Shown: positions 38,069-49,056, counted from the stretch's first letter. The stretch is DNA of 64,000 bases from a candidate division TA06 bacterium ADurb.Bin131 (GCA_002070645.1 MWDQ01000150.1:36261-100260); one strand, 5' to 3'. Notes: generated from the letters alone by a model not told the origin. Numbers and translations are program-made.

Positions 38069-39848
38069 AGATTATAAGGGCGAAGTTTTTTTTAATTTTC
38101 TTAAGATATGCCTTTTAATTTTCCTTTTCCTCAGACCCTATTTTGATGGATTTTCACATACTTCTTTCAATCATATAAGTAGCTTAGTTCTGTTTATCAT
38201 ATTTATAATCTCAATCATTATGATGAGAAAAAATCTTGTTTTTTCTCCTTCACAGGTTGCTTTTTTTTTGTTTATTGGTATCTGTGGGTTTCTTCTTTTT
38301 TTATGGCCTACGTGGTACAGATCAGCAAGAGAGATATCGTATTTATTTGGTTTAGTCACAATATGGGTTGTTTTCAAGATGGTTTTTGATGAAAAAGATT
38401 TCCCTTCTATTACAGTTGCGCTTTTCAGTATGCTTGCTGTGATTATTATCTATGGCATTGATCAATATTTCGGCGGTCTCGAGATGACAAAACAGTATAT
38501 AATGCAGCATCCTGAACTAATAAGGAATATGTCGGATACATATCTTCAAAGAATGGCAAGTAACAGGATTTTTTCGAGGTTTGTTTATCCAAATACATTT
38601 GCAGGGTATCTTCTAATACTTTATCCTGTTGTGCTTTTTTCTATATTCTATTATAAAAAACCTTTGACAAGGGTTGTATGTGGTATTCTTCTTGCCTTGA
38701 TTTTACCTGTATTTGCTGCAACAGAATCAATGGGTGGATGGTTTTGCTTTGTAATAGTAAGTGTCCTCATTTTGCTGTATTTAATTGTCCCTAAAAGATT
38801 TTATTTTTACTGGTGTTTTGCGCTATTGATAGTGTGTTCAATTTTTGTCTACATGGGAATACAGATAGGATTTTTGCCAAAAATTGGATCTCTTGCTGAT
38901 AGGATAAATTACTGGATATCAGCAACAAATATATTCAGAAAAAACCCTGTCTATGGTATCGGTCCTGGAAATTTTTCCCAGTTTCACCTGATGTTTAAGG
39001 TTCCAGGAGCAATGGAGGCAAAATTTGCTCATAATATTATCTTTGAAATAGCCGCCTGTACAGGAATAGTTGGAATTGTATTTTTTCTTGCCACAGGAAT
39101 CTTTTTTATACTAAGAAATCTGCGAAATTTTCTTTATTCAGATAATCTTCTTTTAACAGGATTTATTTTTGGTGTTATTGGTTTTTTTCTGCATTGTCTT
39201 GTTGATTTTGATTATGCCAATCCTGCTATTACCGCAATTGCATTCGCATTTTTAGGTATTATCGAGTCAGTACCTGATAAACATGATATATCATCAGGAT
39301 TGACAAAATTCTTCGCAGGAGGTATGATTATTGCAGGAGTTTTGGCATCAACTGTTGAGATTAAAACACTACAGGTAGATAAAATAATAGAAAACATAAA
39401 AGCAGGCGAATACAGACAGGAAAATCCAATTCAGGTTCTTGAGCAAGCATCTCGTATCTATCCTGAACCTGAGTTGTTTTTTATAGAGGGTGAAATATTT
39501 GTATCTGCGTTTGAGGCAACATCCAGTGTTGAACTTGCCAATATGGCAATTACCTCTTATAAGAAAGCAATCAAACTTAATCCAGATTCATCAAAATACC
39601 ATAGGGCTCTTGCCAGAATACTTGTAAAACTCAATAGAAATGAAGAAGCAGAAAAAGAGTTTCTCGAGGCAATAAAAAATTATCCAACAAAAGCACTCTA
39701 TAATCTTGAACTCGGATTGTTTTATAGAAAAATCGGGGAGGAACAAAAAGCAAAGATTTATCTTGAAAAAGCCAGGGATTTACCCGCAAGCAGCGTGGAT
39801 GAAGCAGAAATAATTAAAAAGGAAATTAAAAATGGAGAAGATTTTTGA
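38055..39848 (+). CDS. Wzy_C (O-antigen ligase/O-oligosaccharyltransferase-like) membrane protein with C-terminal TPR repeats
   Basis: It has more than 10 TMs and the Wzy_C motif FAHNIIFEIAACTGIVG. The C-terminal ~150 aa contain TPR-like repeats (AIKLNPDSSKYHRALARIL...). Confidence 0.6.
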   Translation: MKKNKDYKGEVFFNFLKICLLIFLFLRPYFDGFSHTSFNHISSLVLFIIFIISIIMMRKNLVFSPSQVAFFLFIGICGFLLFLWPTWYRSAREISYLFGLVTIWVVFKMVFDEKDFPSITVALFSMLAVIIIYGIDQYFGGLEMTKQYIMQHPELIRNMSDTYLQRMASNRIFSRFVYPNTFAGYLLILYPVVLFSIFYYKKPLTRVVCGILLALILPVFAATESMGGWFCFVIVSVLILLYLIVPKRFYFYWCFALLIVCSIFVYMGIQIGFLPKIGSLADRINYWISATNIFRKNPVYGIGPGNFSQFHLMFKVPGAMEAKFAHNIIFEIAACTGIVGIVFFLATGIFFILRNLRNFLYSDNLLLTGFIFGVIGFFLHCLVDFDYANPAITAIAFAFLGIIESVPDKHDISSGLTKFFAGGMIIAGVLASTVEIKTLQVDKIIENIKAGEYRQENPIQVLEQASRIYPEPELFFIEGEIFVSAFEATSSVELANMAITSYKKAIKLNPDSSKYHRALARILVKLNRNEEAEKEFLEAIKNYPTKALYNLELGLFYRKIGEEQKAKIYLEKARDLPASSVDEAEIIKKEIKNGEDF

Positions 39849-40497
39849 GATACAGGTCAGAAAAGTTGAAAAACCTTGTTATGTAAGGGGTGATGATTCT
39901 ACAGATCTGAAACCTGGTGATATATGTATTGTTGAGTTTGAAAAAGGAACCCAGGATAATGCACGGATTTACAGTATACCCAAAACAGGCCAAGTAGATC
40001 CTAAAAATGTTATTTCAGGGAAGATTTTGCGGAAGGCAAATGAGCATGACCTTTTAATAATACAGGAAAACGAAGGGCTTAAGGCAGATGCATTCAGAAT
40101 TTGTGATGATAAGATAAAGGAAATAAACCTACCCATGAAATTATTAGATGTGAGTTATTCTTTTGACAGAACTGTTATAACTTTTTATTACTGGGCTGCT
40201 GGAAGAATTGATTTCAGAAAACTCGTAAAGGAACTTGCGGGAGTATTTAATTGCAGAATAGAAATGAGACAGATAGGGTTAAGGGATGAGGCAAAAATAA
40301 AAGGTGGATATGGTATATGCGGCCAAGAAATATGCTGTTGCAGATTTCTTAAGGATTTTGAGCCAATAACAATGAAACTTGTAAAAAACCAGAGTTTGCC
40401 TCTGGATATGAGTAAAATTTCAGGACTTTGTGGAAGATTAATGTGTTGTTTAATATATGAAAACAAAATGTACGAGGATAACGAGGATAAAAAATGA
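39832..40497 (+). CDS. ricT: PSP1 C-terminal domain protein (RicT/YaaT-like)
   Basis: It has a Cys-rich PSP1 signature (GICGQEICCCRFL...GLCGRLMCCL). It lies upstream of metG, as in Firmicutes synteny. Confidence 0.65.
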   Translation: MEKIFEIQVRKVEKPCYVRGDDSTDLKPGDICIVEFEKGTQDNARIYSIPKTGQVDPKNVISGKILRKANEHDLLIIQENEGLKADAFRICDDKIKEINLPMKLLDVSYSFDRTVITFYYWAAGRIDFRKLVKELAGVFNCRIEMRQIGLRDEAKIKGGYGICGQEICCCRFLKDFEPITMKLVKNQSLPLDMSKISGLCGRLMCCLIYENKMYEDNEDKK

Positions 40498-41987
40498 AGT
40501 TTTATATTACCACACCCATATATTATATCAATGCTGAACCACATATAGGACATTGCTATACAACAATTGCGGCTGACTGCCTTGCACGATATCATAGAAT
40601 AAAAGGCAGGGATGTTTTCTTTCTCACAGGAACAGATGAACATGGAGATAAAATTGTCCAGGCGGCCAGCAAAAAAGGAATTACAGTTGAGCAGTTCACA
40701 GATAATATGTCTGGTATATTCAGGTCTATGTGGAAAAAACTCAATATTTCATATGACAGGTTTATAAGAACAACTGAGAAAGAGCATGAACAAATTGTTC
40801 AAAATGTTTTTAAGATTCTTATGGATAAGGGAGATATTTATCCAGGAGAATATTCTGGTTATTATTGTGTTCCCTGCGAGTTTTTTATACCAAAGACAAA
40901 GATAGAACAGAGCAGTCCCGTGTGTCCTGATTGTGGAAGACCAGTACAGGTACTTACAGAAAATTCGTATTTTTTTAGATTGTCAAAATATGAAAAGCGC
41001 CTTCTTGAATATTTTTCAAAAAATCCAGAAATGATTCAACCACCATTTAGGATTGATGAGGTTAAAAATTTTATATCACAGGGACTTGCAGATTTATCAA
41101 TCACAAGACAAACCTCGTCATGGGGAATACAATCACCAACACCCGAGAAATATTCTGTGTATGTATGGTTTGATGCCCTGTTGAATTATCTTACAGGCGT
41201 TGGGTTTAAGGATGGTAAACCTGGTAGATACTGGCCACCAGATGTGCAACTTATAGGAAAAGATATATTAAGATTTCATACAATAATATGGCCCGCAATT
41301 TTGATGGCTCTAAACCTTCCTCTTCCAGGAAAAATTTTCGCGCATGGCTGGTGGACAGTAGGAAGTGAAAAGATATCAAAATCAAAAGGAAACATAGTTG
41401 ACCCTGTATATTTGATGGAACGATATGGAACAGATGGTTTTAGATATTTTTTGTTAAGAGAGGTAACATTTGGACTTGATGGAGAATACTCAGAAGAGAA
41501 ATTTATAAAAAGATATAATAGCGATCTTGCAAATGATCTCGGAAACCTTGTAAATAGAACAATTAACCTTGTGGAAAAACTTTTTGGCGGTGTATTTCCT
41601 GAAAGCAACATCAGCACAGATATGGAACGATTAATAGATAATGTTATTGCTGAAGTAGAACGAAGTATGCTTAATATATCCTTTACTGATGCCCTCGATA
41701 ATATCTGGAAAATTATCAATGAACTCAATAAACTTCTTGATAGAGAAAAACCATGGAACGCTCCTCTTGATTCAGCTAGACATACAATTTCTCAATGTAT
41801 ATCAGGGATTTCAATTATTTCTGTGCTTATTTATCCTTTTATACCAGAAACATCTAAAACAATATGGAATATCCTTAATATTAAGCACAAGGATGATAAA
41901 ATTCTTCTTAGCAATGACCTGTTAAAAATACCGTCAGGTACAAAATCAGGGAAAAGGGAAATACTCTTTATGAGGATAAAAACATGA
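40494..41987 (+). CDS. metG: methionine--tRNA ligase (short form)
   Basis: It has HIGH (EPHIGHCYT), a zinc knuckle (CVPC...CPDC) and KMSKS (KISKSKGN). Confidence 0.9.
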   Translation: MKFYITTPIYYINAEPHIGHCYTTIAADCLARYHRIKGRDVFFLTGTDEHGDKIVQAASKKGITVEQFTDNMSGIFRSMWKKLNISYDRFIRTTEKEHEQIVQNVFKILMDKGDIYPGEYSGYYCVPCEFFIPKTKIEQSSPVCPDCGRPVQVLTENSYFFRLSKYEKRLLEYFSKNPEMIQPPFRIDEVKNFISQGLADLSITRQTSSWGIQSPTPEKYSVYVWFDALLNYLTGVGFKDGKPGRYWPPDVQLIGKDILRFHTIIWPAILMALNLPLPGKIFAHGWWTVGSEKISKSKGNIVDPVYLMERYGTDGFRYFLLREVTFGLDGEYSEEKFIKRYNSDLANDLGNLVNRTINLVEKLFGGVFPESNISTDMERLIDNVIAEVERSMLNISFTDALDNIWKIINELNKLLDREKPWNAPLDSARHTISQCISGISIISVLIYPFIPETSKTIWNILNIKHKDDKILLSNDLLKIPSGTKSGKREILFMRIKT

Positions 41988-42733
41988 AAAAGGATAGTCC
42001 TGCTTTCAAAAGAATTATGCTAAAATTATCAGGAGAAGCACTTCAAGGCAAGGATAGATATGGGATTGATTCTGAATCTATGATATCAATCGCAAAGGAA
42101 ATAAAGGAGGTCCGCCGGCTTAAGTGTGAGGTTTCTGTTGTGATAGGGGGCGGAAATATATTCAGAGGTATTACAAGAGATAAAATGGTGATTGACGAGG
42201 TTACAGGCGACTATATGGGAATGCTCGCAACCGTCATTAATGGACTTGCATTACAGAGTTGTCTTGAGAAAATGGATGTAATGACAAGGGTTCAAAGTGC
42301 ATTTGAAATGAGAGAATTCTGCGAGCCATATATAAGAAGAAGGGCAATAAGACATCTCGAAAAAGGTAGGGTTGTGATATTTGTCGGCGGAACAGGAAAT
42401 CCTTATTTTACAACAGATACAGCAGCAGCATTAAAAGCAATCGAGATTGGTGCAGAGGTAATACTGAAAGCAACAAAGGTAGATGGCGTCTATACGGATG
42501 ATCCTATGAAAAATGAGAATGCCCGTCGTTATAAAATGCTCACACATAAGGATATCCTAACAAAAGACCTTAAGGTAATGGACAATACAGCAGTATCGCT
42601 TTGTATGAATAATAAACTACCGGTGATTGTCTTTAATCTTTTCAGAAAAGGAAATCTTAAGAAGGTGGTATGTGGAAAAGGTATAAAAACAATAATAGCA
42701 GATAAAAATTCACCCCTATTTCGCATGACCTAA
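41984..42733 (+). CDS. pyrH: UMP kinase
   Basis: Motifs: [12 protein letters not shown]...[11 protein letters not shown]...[13 protein letters not shown]. Confidence 0.9.
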   Translation: MKKDSPAFKRIMLKLSGEALQGKDRYGIDSESMISIAKEIKEVRRLKCEVSVVIGGGNIFRGITRDKMVIDEVTGDYMGMLATVINGLALQSCLEKMDVMTRVQSAFEMREFCEPYIRRRAIRHLEKGRVVIFVGGTGNPYFTTDTAAALKAIEIGAEVILKATKVDGVYTDDPMKNENARRYKMLTHKDILTKDLKVMDNTAVSLCMNNKLPVIVFNLFRKGNLKKVVCGKGIKTIIADKNSPLFRMT

Positions 42734-42744
42734 CAGGGAGGATT

Positions 42745-43302
42745 ATGATAACTAAGATATGTCAGGAAGCAGAAGTTAATATGAAGAAGATTGAAGATAA
42801 TTTTATCAAAGAAATTAACAATCTACGGCTTGGTCGGGCATCTGTATCTCTTCTTGAAGGAATTCTTGTTGAATATTATGGTTCAAAACTTCCTGTAAAT
42901 CAGATTGCCACAATATCAATTCCAAATCCACAGACACTTGTTATACAACCATGGGATAAGGCCATCATCGATAAGATAGTAAAAGCAATTCAGGCGAGTA
43001 ACCTTGGGTTAAATCCAACATTTGATGCTACAACAATAAAAATTTCAGTGCCTCCATTAAGTGAAGAAAGAAGAAAAGAAATGGTAAAGGTATTGAAAAA
43101 ACTTGAGGAACAAGCAAAGATAGAAATAAGAGAAATAAGAAGAAAGGTTAAGGAAGAGATTAAAAAAATGGAAAAAGAAAAGAAAATCTCTGAGGATGAT
43201 CAGTTCAAGGCAACTGAAAAAATTCAAGAGATTACTGATAGATTCATTGAAGAAATAGAGAAGAAAACCCTGAATAAAGAAAGGGAAATTCTTGAGTCAT
43301 AA
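42745..43302 (+). CDS. frr: ribosome recycling factor
   Basis: The 185-aa protein reads LRLGRASVSLLEGILVEYYGSKLPVNQ and lies downstream of pyrH. Confidence 0.9.
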   Translation: MITKICQEAEVNMKKIEDNFIKEINNLRLGRASVSLLEGILVEYYGSKLPVNQIATISIPNPQTLVIQPWDKAIIDKIVKAIQASNLGLNPTFDATTIKISVPPLSEERRKEMVKVLKKLEEQAKIEIREIRRKVKEEIKKMEKEKKISEDDQFKATEKIQEITDRFIEEIEKKTLNKEREILES

Positions 43303-43984
43303 CAAGAATTTTGTCATTGCTATAGATGGGCCATCAGGAGCAGGTAAAAGCACAGTTGCGATGCTTGTGGCCAGAAAACTTGGCTTTCTCTATATTGATA
43401 CAGGCGCAATGTACCGTGCATTGACATTAAAAGCATTGAGAAATAAAGTTCCTCTCGACAATAGAGAAGCCCTGATAGAAATGGCAAAAAATAGCAAGAT
43501 AAAACTGGAAATGGATGAAGATGAATATAAGGTATTTCTTGATGGTGAAGATGTCTCAAAAGAAATAAGAAAAGAAGAGGTAAGCAAAGCCAGCCACTTT
43601 ATTGCTTCAATCCCACAGATTAGAGAAATATTATGGAGAATACAACGTTCGTACAGAGATACTCATAACATTGTTATGGAGGGTAGAGATATTGGAAGCG
43701 TGGTATTCCCGGATGCCCAGATTAAGGTATACCTCGACGCTTCTGTGGATGAAAGAGCCATTAGAAGATATAGACAACTAAAACAACAGGGTATTGAGTG
43801 CAGTATTGAGGATATTAAAAAAGATATAATCTCGAGAGATGAAAAAGACACAAACAGAGATATTGCACCTCTTGTAAAAAGTGATGATGCTGTTGTTATT
43901 GATTCAACATCTATGAATATAAACGAGGTAGTTAATCTGATTGTTGATTTGTATAAGAAAAAACGCCTGGAAATAGATAACTAA
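43292..43984 (+). CDS. cmk: cytidylate kinase
   Basis: It has the P-loop IAIDGPSGAGKST, the string YIDTGAMYRA and a Cmk-typical NMP-binding region. Confidence 0.85.
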   Translation: MSHNKNFVIAIDGPSGAGKSTVAMLVARKLGFLYIDTGAMYRALTLKALRNKVPLDNREALIEMAKNSKIKLEMDEDEYKVFLDGEDVSKEIRKEEVSKASHFIASIPQIREILWRIQRSYRDTHNIVMEGRDIGSVVFPDAQIKVYLDASVDERAIRRYRQLKQQGIECSIEDIKKDIISRDEKDTNRDIAPLVKSDDAVVIDSTSMNINEVVNLIVDLYKKKRLEIDN

Positions 43985-46125
43985 TATTTTCTATGTGGCT
44001 TTTGAGTTGGTTTTTCATACCTGTGAGATGGATATTTACTTGATTTTTGCTTTTCTTTTTCAATTTCTTCAGGGGTAAGCGCCTGTTTACGGCTTAAGTT
44101 TGCCCTACCTTGTTCATCAAAACCTATAAACTTCACCTTGATCTTTTCACCAATATTAACAACATCTTCAACCTTATTTACCCTGTAAGGGGCAAGTTCT
44201 GAAATATGTACAAGTCCTTCCTGATCATTTAAAAATTTTACCATCGCACCAAAATTAAATATCCGGGTGACAGTTCCCTCGTATATCCTATCAACCTCAG
44301 GTTCCTCAACCATTGATTTTATACGGTCAACAGCCTTCTGACAGTTTTCCATTTCAGTACTATAAATTGAAACAGTTCCATCATCTTCGATATCAATCTC
44401 TGCTCCTGTTTCTTCTATAATCTTACGAATGGTTTTCCCGCCTCCCCCAATTATAAGACCAATCTTGTCTGGAGAAACCTTTAAGGAAACTATCCTCGGT
44501 GCATACTTTGAAATTTCAGGTCTCGGCTCTTTGATAGCGCTATTCATAATACCGAGAATTTTATCCCTTGCCTGTTTACTCTGCATTACTGCCTCACTGA
44601 GAATATTCCATGAAAATTCTGTGGTTTTAACATCCATCTGAAAACCTGTTATGCCCACAGACGTTCCTGCAATTTTTAAATCAAGGTCTCCGACGTGGTC
44701 CTCTTCCCCGGCAATATCTGTAAGAAGAATATATCTTTCTCCTTCCTTAATCATCCCGAGTGCTATGCCTGCCACATGTCTTTTTAGTGGAATACCACCA
44801 TCCATCAAAGCCAGACTTGAAGCACAAACCGTTGCCATCGAGGATGAACCATTTGATTCGAGTATATTCGCGACAATTCTTATGGTATACGGGAAGATAT
44901 CCTCCGCAGGTATCAATGGCTGCAAAGACCTCTCAGCAAGAGCACCATGACCAATTTCTCTACGAGATGGAGCTCTAATTGGGCCTGTTTCTCCTACTGA
45001 AAATGGCGGAAAATTATAGTGAAGCATAAACCTTTTTGATGTTTCTTCAAAAAGTCCATCAATAATCTGTTGATCGTGTTTTGTACCAAGAGTAACAGAT
45101 GCAATACACTGGGTTTGCCCGCGGGTAAACAGAGAAGATCCATGTGTTCTCGGAAGAAGACCTATCCTACATTCAATATCCCTGACATCATCTGGTTTTC
45201 TTCCATCAAATCTTTTCCCGGAAAAAAGTATTGTTTCCCTTATTGTTTTCTCGAGATTTTTTTTGAAGATCAGTTTGAGTTCTGCGTGTTTTTCTTCACT
45301 ACAGGATGTTTTTAATTCTTCAAACATAGAATCATAAAATTCATTCCTCTGTTTTTTCTCAGGATACATCCATATTGACTTCATCTTATCATTGATAAAC
45401 GAAGCCACAGAATCATTCATCTGCTGGTCAATATTAACACATGTTGATTGATACACGGTATCTGTTTTCCACTGGGAAATGGTTTTGACTAATGGCTGAA
45501 CACACTCAAAACCAGTTTTTACTGCTTCAATAAATACATTTTCAGAGATTTCTTTTGCCCATCCCTCAAGCATTACAAGAGAATTTTCTGTTCCTGAAAG
45601 CACAAGATTAAGATCACTGCTGTCTAATTCTGAAATAGTAGGATTGACAATAAACCTTTCTCCAATCTTACCAATCCTGATGCAGCCAACTGGACTGGCA
45701 ACAGGCAATCCTGATAAAAGTACACCACATGATGCACCGATAACTGAAAGAATATCAGGGTCGTTTTCTTGATCAGCAGAAAATACAAAAGAAACAATCT
45801 GAACCTCATCCGTAAAATCATCCGGAAATAACGGCCTTATTGACCTGTCAATCAAACGACTTACCAGAATCTCCCTTTCAGATGGTCTACCCTCTCTTTT
45901 GAAGAAACCACCGGGAATCTTACCCGCGGCTGATGTTTGCTCACGATAATCACATGTCAAAGGAAAAAAATCACGGACTTCAGTAGATTTTCTTGAAGTG
46001 ACAGCCACCAGAACAACAGTTTCACCGCAACTTACTGTAACTGAACCAGCCGCCTGTTTGGCAAGAAGACCAGTTTCAATAATAATGCGTTTACCACCAA
46101 GATCTATTTCTAATTTTTGGGTCAT
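43981..46125 (-). CDS. pnp: polyribonucleotide nucleotidyltransferase (PNPase)
   Basis: The 714-aa protein has two RNase PH domains plus KH and S1 domains. Its stop overlaps the cmk stop convergently by 4 nt. Confidence 0.9.
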   Translation of the reverse strand: MTQKLEIDLGGKRIIIETGLLAKQAAGSVTVSCGETVVLVAVTSRKSTEVRDFFPLTCDYREQTSAAGKIPGGFFKREGRPSEREILVSRLIDRSIRPLFPDDFTDEVQIVSFVFSADQENDPDILSVIGASCGVLLSGLPVASPVGCIRIGKIGERFIVNPTISELDSSDLNLVLSGTENSLVMLEGWAKEISENVFIEAVKTGFECVQPLVKTISQWKTDTVYQSTCVNIDQQMNDSVASFINDKMKSIWMYPEKKQRNEFYDSMFEELKTSCSEEKHAELKLIFKKNLEKTIRETILFSGKRFDGRKPDDVRDIECRIGLLPRTHGSSLFTRGQTQCIASVTLGTKHDQQIIDGLFEETSKRFMLHYNFPPFSVGETGPIRAPSRREIGHGALAERSLQPLIPAEDIFPYTIRIVANILESNGSSSMATVCASSLALMDGGIPLKRHVAGIALGMIKEGERYILLTDIAGEEDHVGDLDLKIAGTSVGITGFQMDVKTTEFSWNILSEAVMQSKQARDKILGIMNSAIKEPRPEISKYAPRIVSLKVSPDKIGLIIGGGGKTIRKIIEETGAEIDIEDDGTVSIYSTEMENCQKAVDRIKSMVEEPEVDRIYEGTVTRIFNFGAMVKFLNDQEGLVHISELAPYRVNKVEDVVNIGEKIKVKFIGFDEQGRANLSRKQALTPEEIEKEKQKSSKYPSHRYEKPTQKPHRKY

Positions 46126-46127
46126 TG

Positions 46128-46394
46128 CTATTTTCTAAGATTCAATTTTTCTATAAGGGACTGGTAAGATGAGTAATCTTTTTTTTGAAGATATTTTAGA
46201 AGACGTCTTCTGTGTCCTATCAATTTTAAGAGACCGCGTCTCGAGTTAAAATCCTTCGGAAATTGCTTAAAATGTTCCGTAAGCGCTTCGATTCTCCTGG
46301 TTAATAATGCAATCTGAACCTCTGGAGATCCTGTATCATTTTGATGTCTTCCAAAATTCTGTTTTATGTTTTCTTTTACTACCTTCTCTAACAT
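46128..46394 (-). CDS. rpsO: 30S ribosomal protein S15
   Basis: The S15 motif is [23 protein letters not shown] moved the start to the ATG at 46394 (MLEKVV), which has an AGGAG SD 8 nt upstream; the ORF track started 10 codons earlier. Confidence 0.85.
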   Translation of the reverse strand: MLEKVVKENIKQNFGRHQNDTGSPEVQIALLTRRIEALTEHFKQFPKDFNSRRGLLKLIGHRRRLLKYLQKKDYSSYQSLIEKLNLRK

Positions 46395-46488
46395 TTTCTT
46401 TTCTCCTTCTTCTCTTAGGCACAAGTGTTAAAAATCATAGATTTGCTATCTTAGTATATATTTTTTTTTATTTTCTGTCAATGAATTA

Positions 46489-47739
46489 TTATAAACTGGC
46501 GATATCCTTCCTGAAATACATGCCGTCAAAATGAATTTTCGAAACCCCTTCATAGGCCTTTTCCCTTGCTTCTTCAAGGGTATTACCAAATCCCACAACA
46601 TTCAATACTCTTCCTCCAGTAGTAATAAATCTATCTGATTGCTTTTTCGTTCCAGCATGAAAAATTACTACGCCTTCAGGTAAAGATCCTATATCTATAG
46701 GTACGCCAGTATTATATTCCCCTGGATAACCACCGGATGCAATTACAACATCAACTGCTGATTCTTCCCTCCATTTTATTTGAATATTTCTCAATCGACC
46801 TTCTATTGCTAATTCTATTATTTCAAGAATACTACTTTCCATTCTCGGCAAAATAACTTCGGTTTCTGGATCTCCAAACCTCACATTATATTCAAGGACT
46901 TGGGGTCCATTTTTGGTTATTATCAATCCAAAATAAACAACACCACAATACTCAACTGATTTCTTTTGTAATCCTTTTATTGTAGGAATAACAATTCTTT
47001 TTTCTATTACCTTTTCAATCTCTGGAGAACAAATTGGCACAGGGCTATAACATCCCATGCCTCCTGTATTTGGACCAGTATCATTTTCATAGATCTTTTT
47101 ATAGTCCCTCGCAGGTGCCAAAGGGACAAAATTCTCCCCATCTGTAATAACAAGGTATGATAACTCTTGGCCTGACAGAAACTCTTCAATAACAACCCTG
47201 TTGGATGTTTGTGAGAATACACGCTTCTCAAAAATATTCTCAAGAAAATTTGCGGCTTCCTGAAAATCATTTACAATACCTACACCCTTACCTGCAGCAA
47301 GTCCATCAAACTTAATAACAACAGGATATTGCACCTTCTCAATAATTTTTTTTGCTGTACTGAAGTTATCGGCCACAAAGAATCCTGCTGTAGGAATCTC
47401 ATTTTCCAGCATAAATTCTTTTGCCCATATCTTGGATGATTCGAGGGTGGCTGCTTTTTTATTCGGACCAAAAATTTTCAGCCTTTTCTTATGGAAAATA
47501 TCAACAATCCCATCTGCAAGTGGCAATTCTGGTCCAACAATGGTAAGGTCTATTTTTTCTCTTTTGGCGAATGCAGCAATTTCTTGATGATTTTCAATTG
47601 GTATGTTAACAAGATTTGCTATCTCACTTATACCACCATTACCGGGAATGGCATAAATTGTACCTGAAATAAGTTCAGAGGCAACCTTCCAGCATATCGC
47701 ATGTTCTCTACCATTACCTCCAATCACAAGAATTTTCAT
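46489..47739 (-). CDS. purD: phosphoribosylamine--glycine ligase
   Basis: The N-terminus is MKILVIGGNGREHA, followed by an ATP-grasp domain, in a ~416-aa protein. Confidence 0.9.
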   Translation of the reverse strand: MKILVIGGNGREHAICWKVASELISGTIYAIPGNGGISEIANLVNIPIENHQEIAAFAKREKIDLTIVGPELPLADGIVDIFHKKRLKIFGPNKKAATLESSKIWAKEFMLENEIPTAGFFVADNFSTAKKIIEKVQYPVVIKFDGLAAGKGVGIVNDFQEAANFLENIFEKRVFSQTSNRVVIEEFLSGQELSYLVITDGENFVPLAPARDYKKIYENDTGPNTGGMGCYSPVPICSPEIEKVIEKRIVIPTIKGLQKKSVEYCGVVYFGLIITKNGPQVLEYNVRFGDPETEVILPRMESSILEIIELAIEGRLRNIQIKWREESAVDVVIASGGYPGEYNTGVPIDIGSLPEGVVIFHAGTKKQSDRFITTGGRVLNVVGFGNTLEEAREKAYEGVSKIHFDGMYFRKDIASL

Positions 47740-47769
47740 ATCAAAGATTAAATCCCATTATAATATCTG

Positions 47770-48891
47770 TTATTCTCCTATTATCCTTGTATCCTCATCA
47801 AGATATATACCTCTGAGATTCATTTCAAGTGCATGGGGTGCAGGCGAGGCCTCGAACCCTGTTTCCTTGGTTATTTTTCCTTCATTGATTAACTTTACAA
47901 GATGCTGATTAAATGTCTGCATACCTGTTTCTTTGTCAGCAGAGATTGCACTTGGTATCTTCCCAAGGTTGTCTTCAAGAATTAGCCTTGATATAATCGG
48001 AGTTACAACCATTATTTCACACGCCGGAAGCATACCCGTACCATCTTTTTTTGGAAGAAGCCTTTGACAGCAGGTTGCCTTAAGATTGTAGGCAAGAATT
48101 TTTCTAATCATATCATGCTGATCCTGAGGGAAAAAATCAAGAATTCTGTTTATGGTTGTAAGTGTATCAACTGTATGAAGGGTACTGAAAACAAGATGTC
48201 CTGTTTCGCATGCCCTTATTGCAGCCTCAAATGTTTCAGGATCCCTTAACTCTCCTATTAAAATTATATCAGGATCTTCACGAAGCACCCTTTTTAATGC
48301 ATCATGAAATGTAAGAGTATCAAGGCCAACCTCGCGCTGATTGATAAGACAATTTTTATCAGTATAGACAAATTCAATAGGGTCTTCTATTGTTATAATA
48401 TGAAGCGCCTGTCTGCTCTGATTTATATATTCAATCATAGCAGCAAGGGTTGTTGACTTTCCACAACCAGTTGGCCCTGCGATAAGAACTAAACCAGTTT
48501 GGGAATCAGATATATTTGCAAGTACAGCAGGTAATCCGAGTTCTTCAAATGAAGGGATAAATGACTTTATCCTTCTCATCACTATACCAACATTTCCCCT
48601 TTGCCTGAATACATTAACCCTGAATCTTCCTGTCTGGGGATTTTCTGTTGCAAGATCCATTTCCATCTGCTCGAGGAAAAGTTTTTTCTGATTATCGTTC
48701 ATAATGCTTAATGCATAATCTTCGGTATCTTTTCGAGTTAGAACTTCTTCGTCAGACATCTCTTTCAGTACTGTTTTTATCCTTACAAATGGCTTTCTTC
48801 CAACCTTGAGATGAAGGTCTGATGCATCAAGATCTGCTACCTTTTTCAGCAATCTTTCAATGTTCATCCTCTGATTTTCTCCAATTCTCAA
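47770..48891 (-). CDS. pilT: type IV pilus retraction ATPase PilT/PilU family
   Basis: It has Walker A GPTGCGKSTT, Asp box/Walker B IGELRD, and His-box and AIRE-like motifs of PilT. No pilB, pilC or pilM-Q genes lie nearby. Confidence 0.75.
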   Translation of the reverse strand: MRIGENQRMNIERLLKKVADLDASDLHLKVGRKPFVRIKTVLKEMSDEEVLTRKDTEDYALSIMNDNQKKLFLEQMEMDLATENPQTGRFRVNVFRQRGNVGIVMRRIKSFIPSFEELGLPAVLANISDSQTGLVLIAGPTGCGKSTTLAAMIEYINQSRQALHIITIEDPIEFVYTDKNCLINQREVGLDTLTFHDALKRVLREDPDIILIGELRDPETFEAAIRACETGHLVFSTLHTVDTLTTINRILDFFPQDQHDMIRKILAYNLKATCCQRLLPKKDGTGMLPACEIMVVTPIISRLILEDNLGKIPSAISADKETGMQTFNQHLVKLINEGKITKETGFEASPAPHALEMNLRGIYLDEDTRIIGE

Positions 48892-49051
48892 GTTCTTCCA
48901 TTGCAGTAGTTAAAACATCAGAGACATTATCAGATCCTGAAAGCGAACCCTTTGCGAGCATTTTATGGGCACTATCAGCAAGTTTCAATACAAGGCGATA
49001 AATATTTTCCTTTTTATCATATCTATCAAGAATTTCCAGGGATTTTCTCAT
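48857..49051 (-). CDS. small protein, possibly RNA polymerase omega subunit-like
   Basis: The 64-aa protein has NIYRLVLKLADSAHKML, which resembles the RpoZ core NRFxLVxxAAxRARQL. It lies immediately downstream of rplQ. This is a weak call. Confidence 0.3.
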   Translation of the reverse strand: MRKSLEILDRYDKKENIYRLVLKLADSAHKMLAKGSLSGSDNVSDVLTTAMEELENWRKSEDEH

Positions 49052-49056
49052 TGTTT

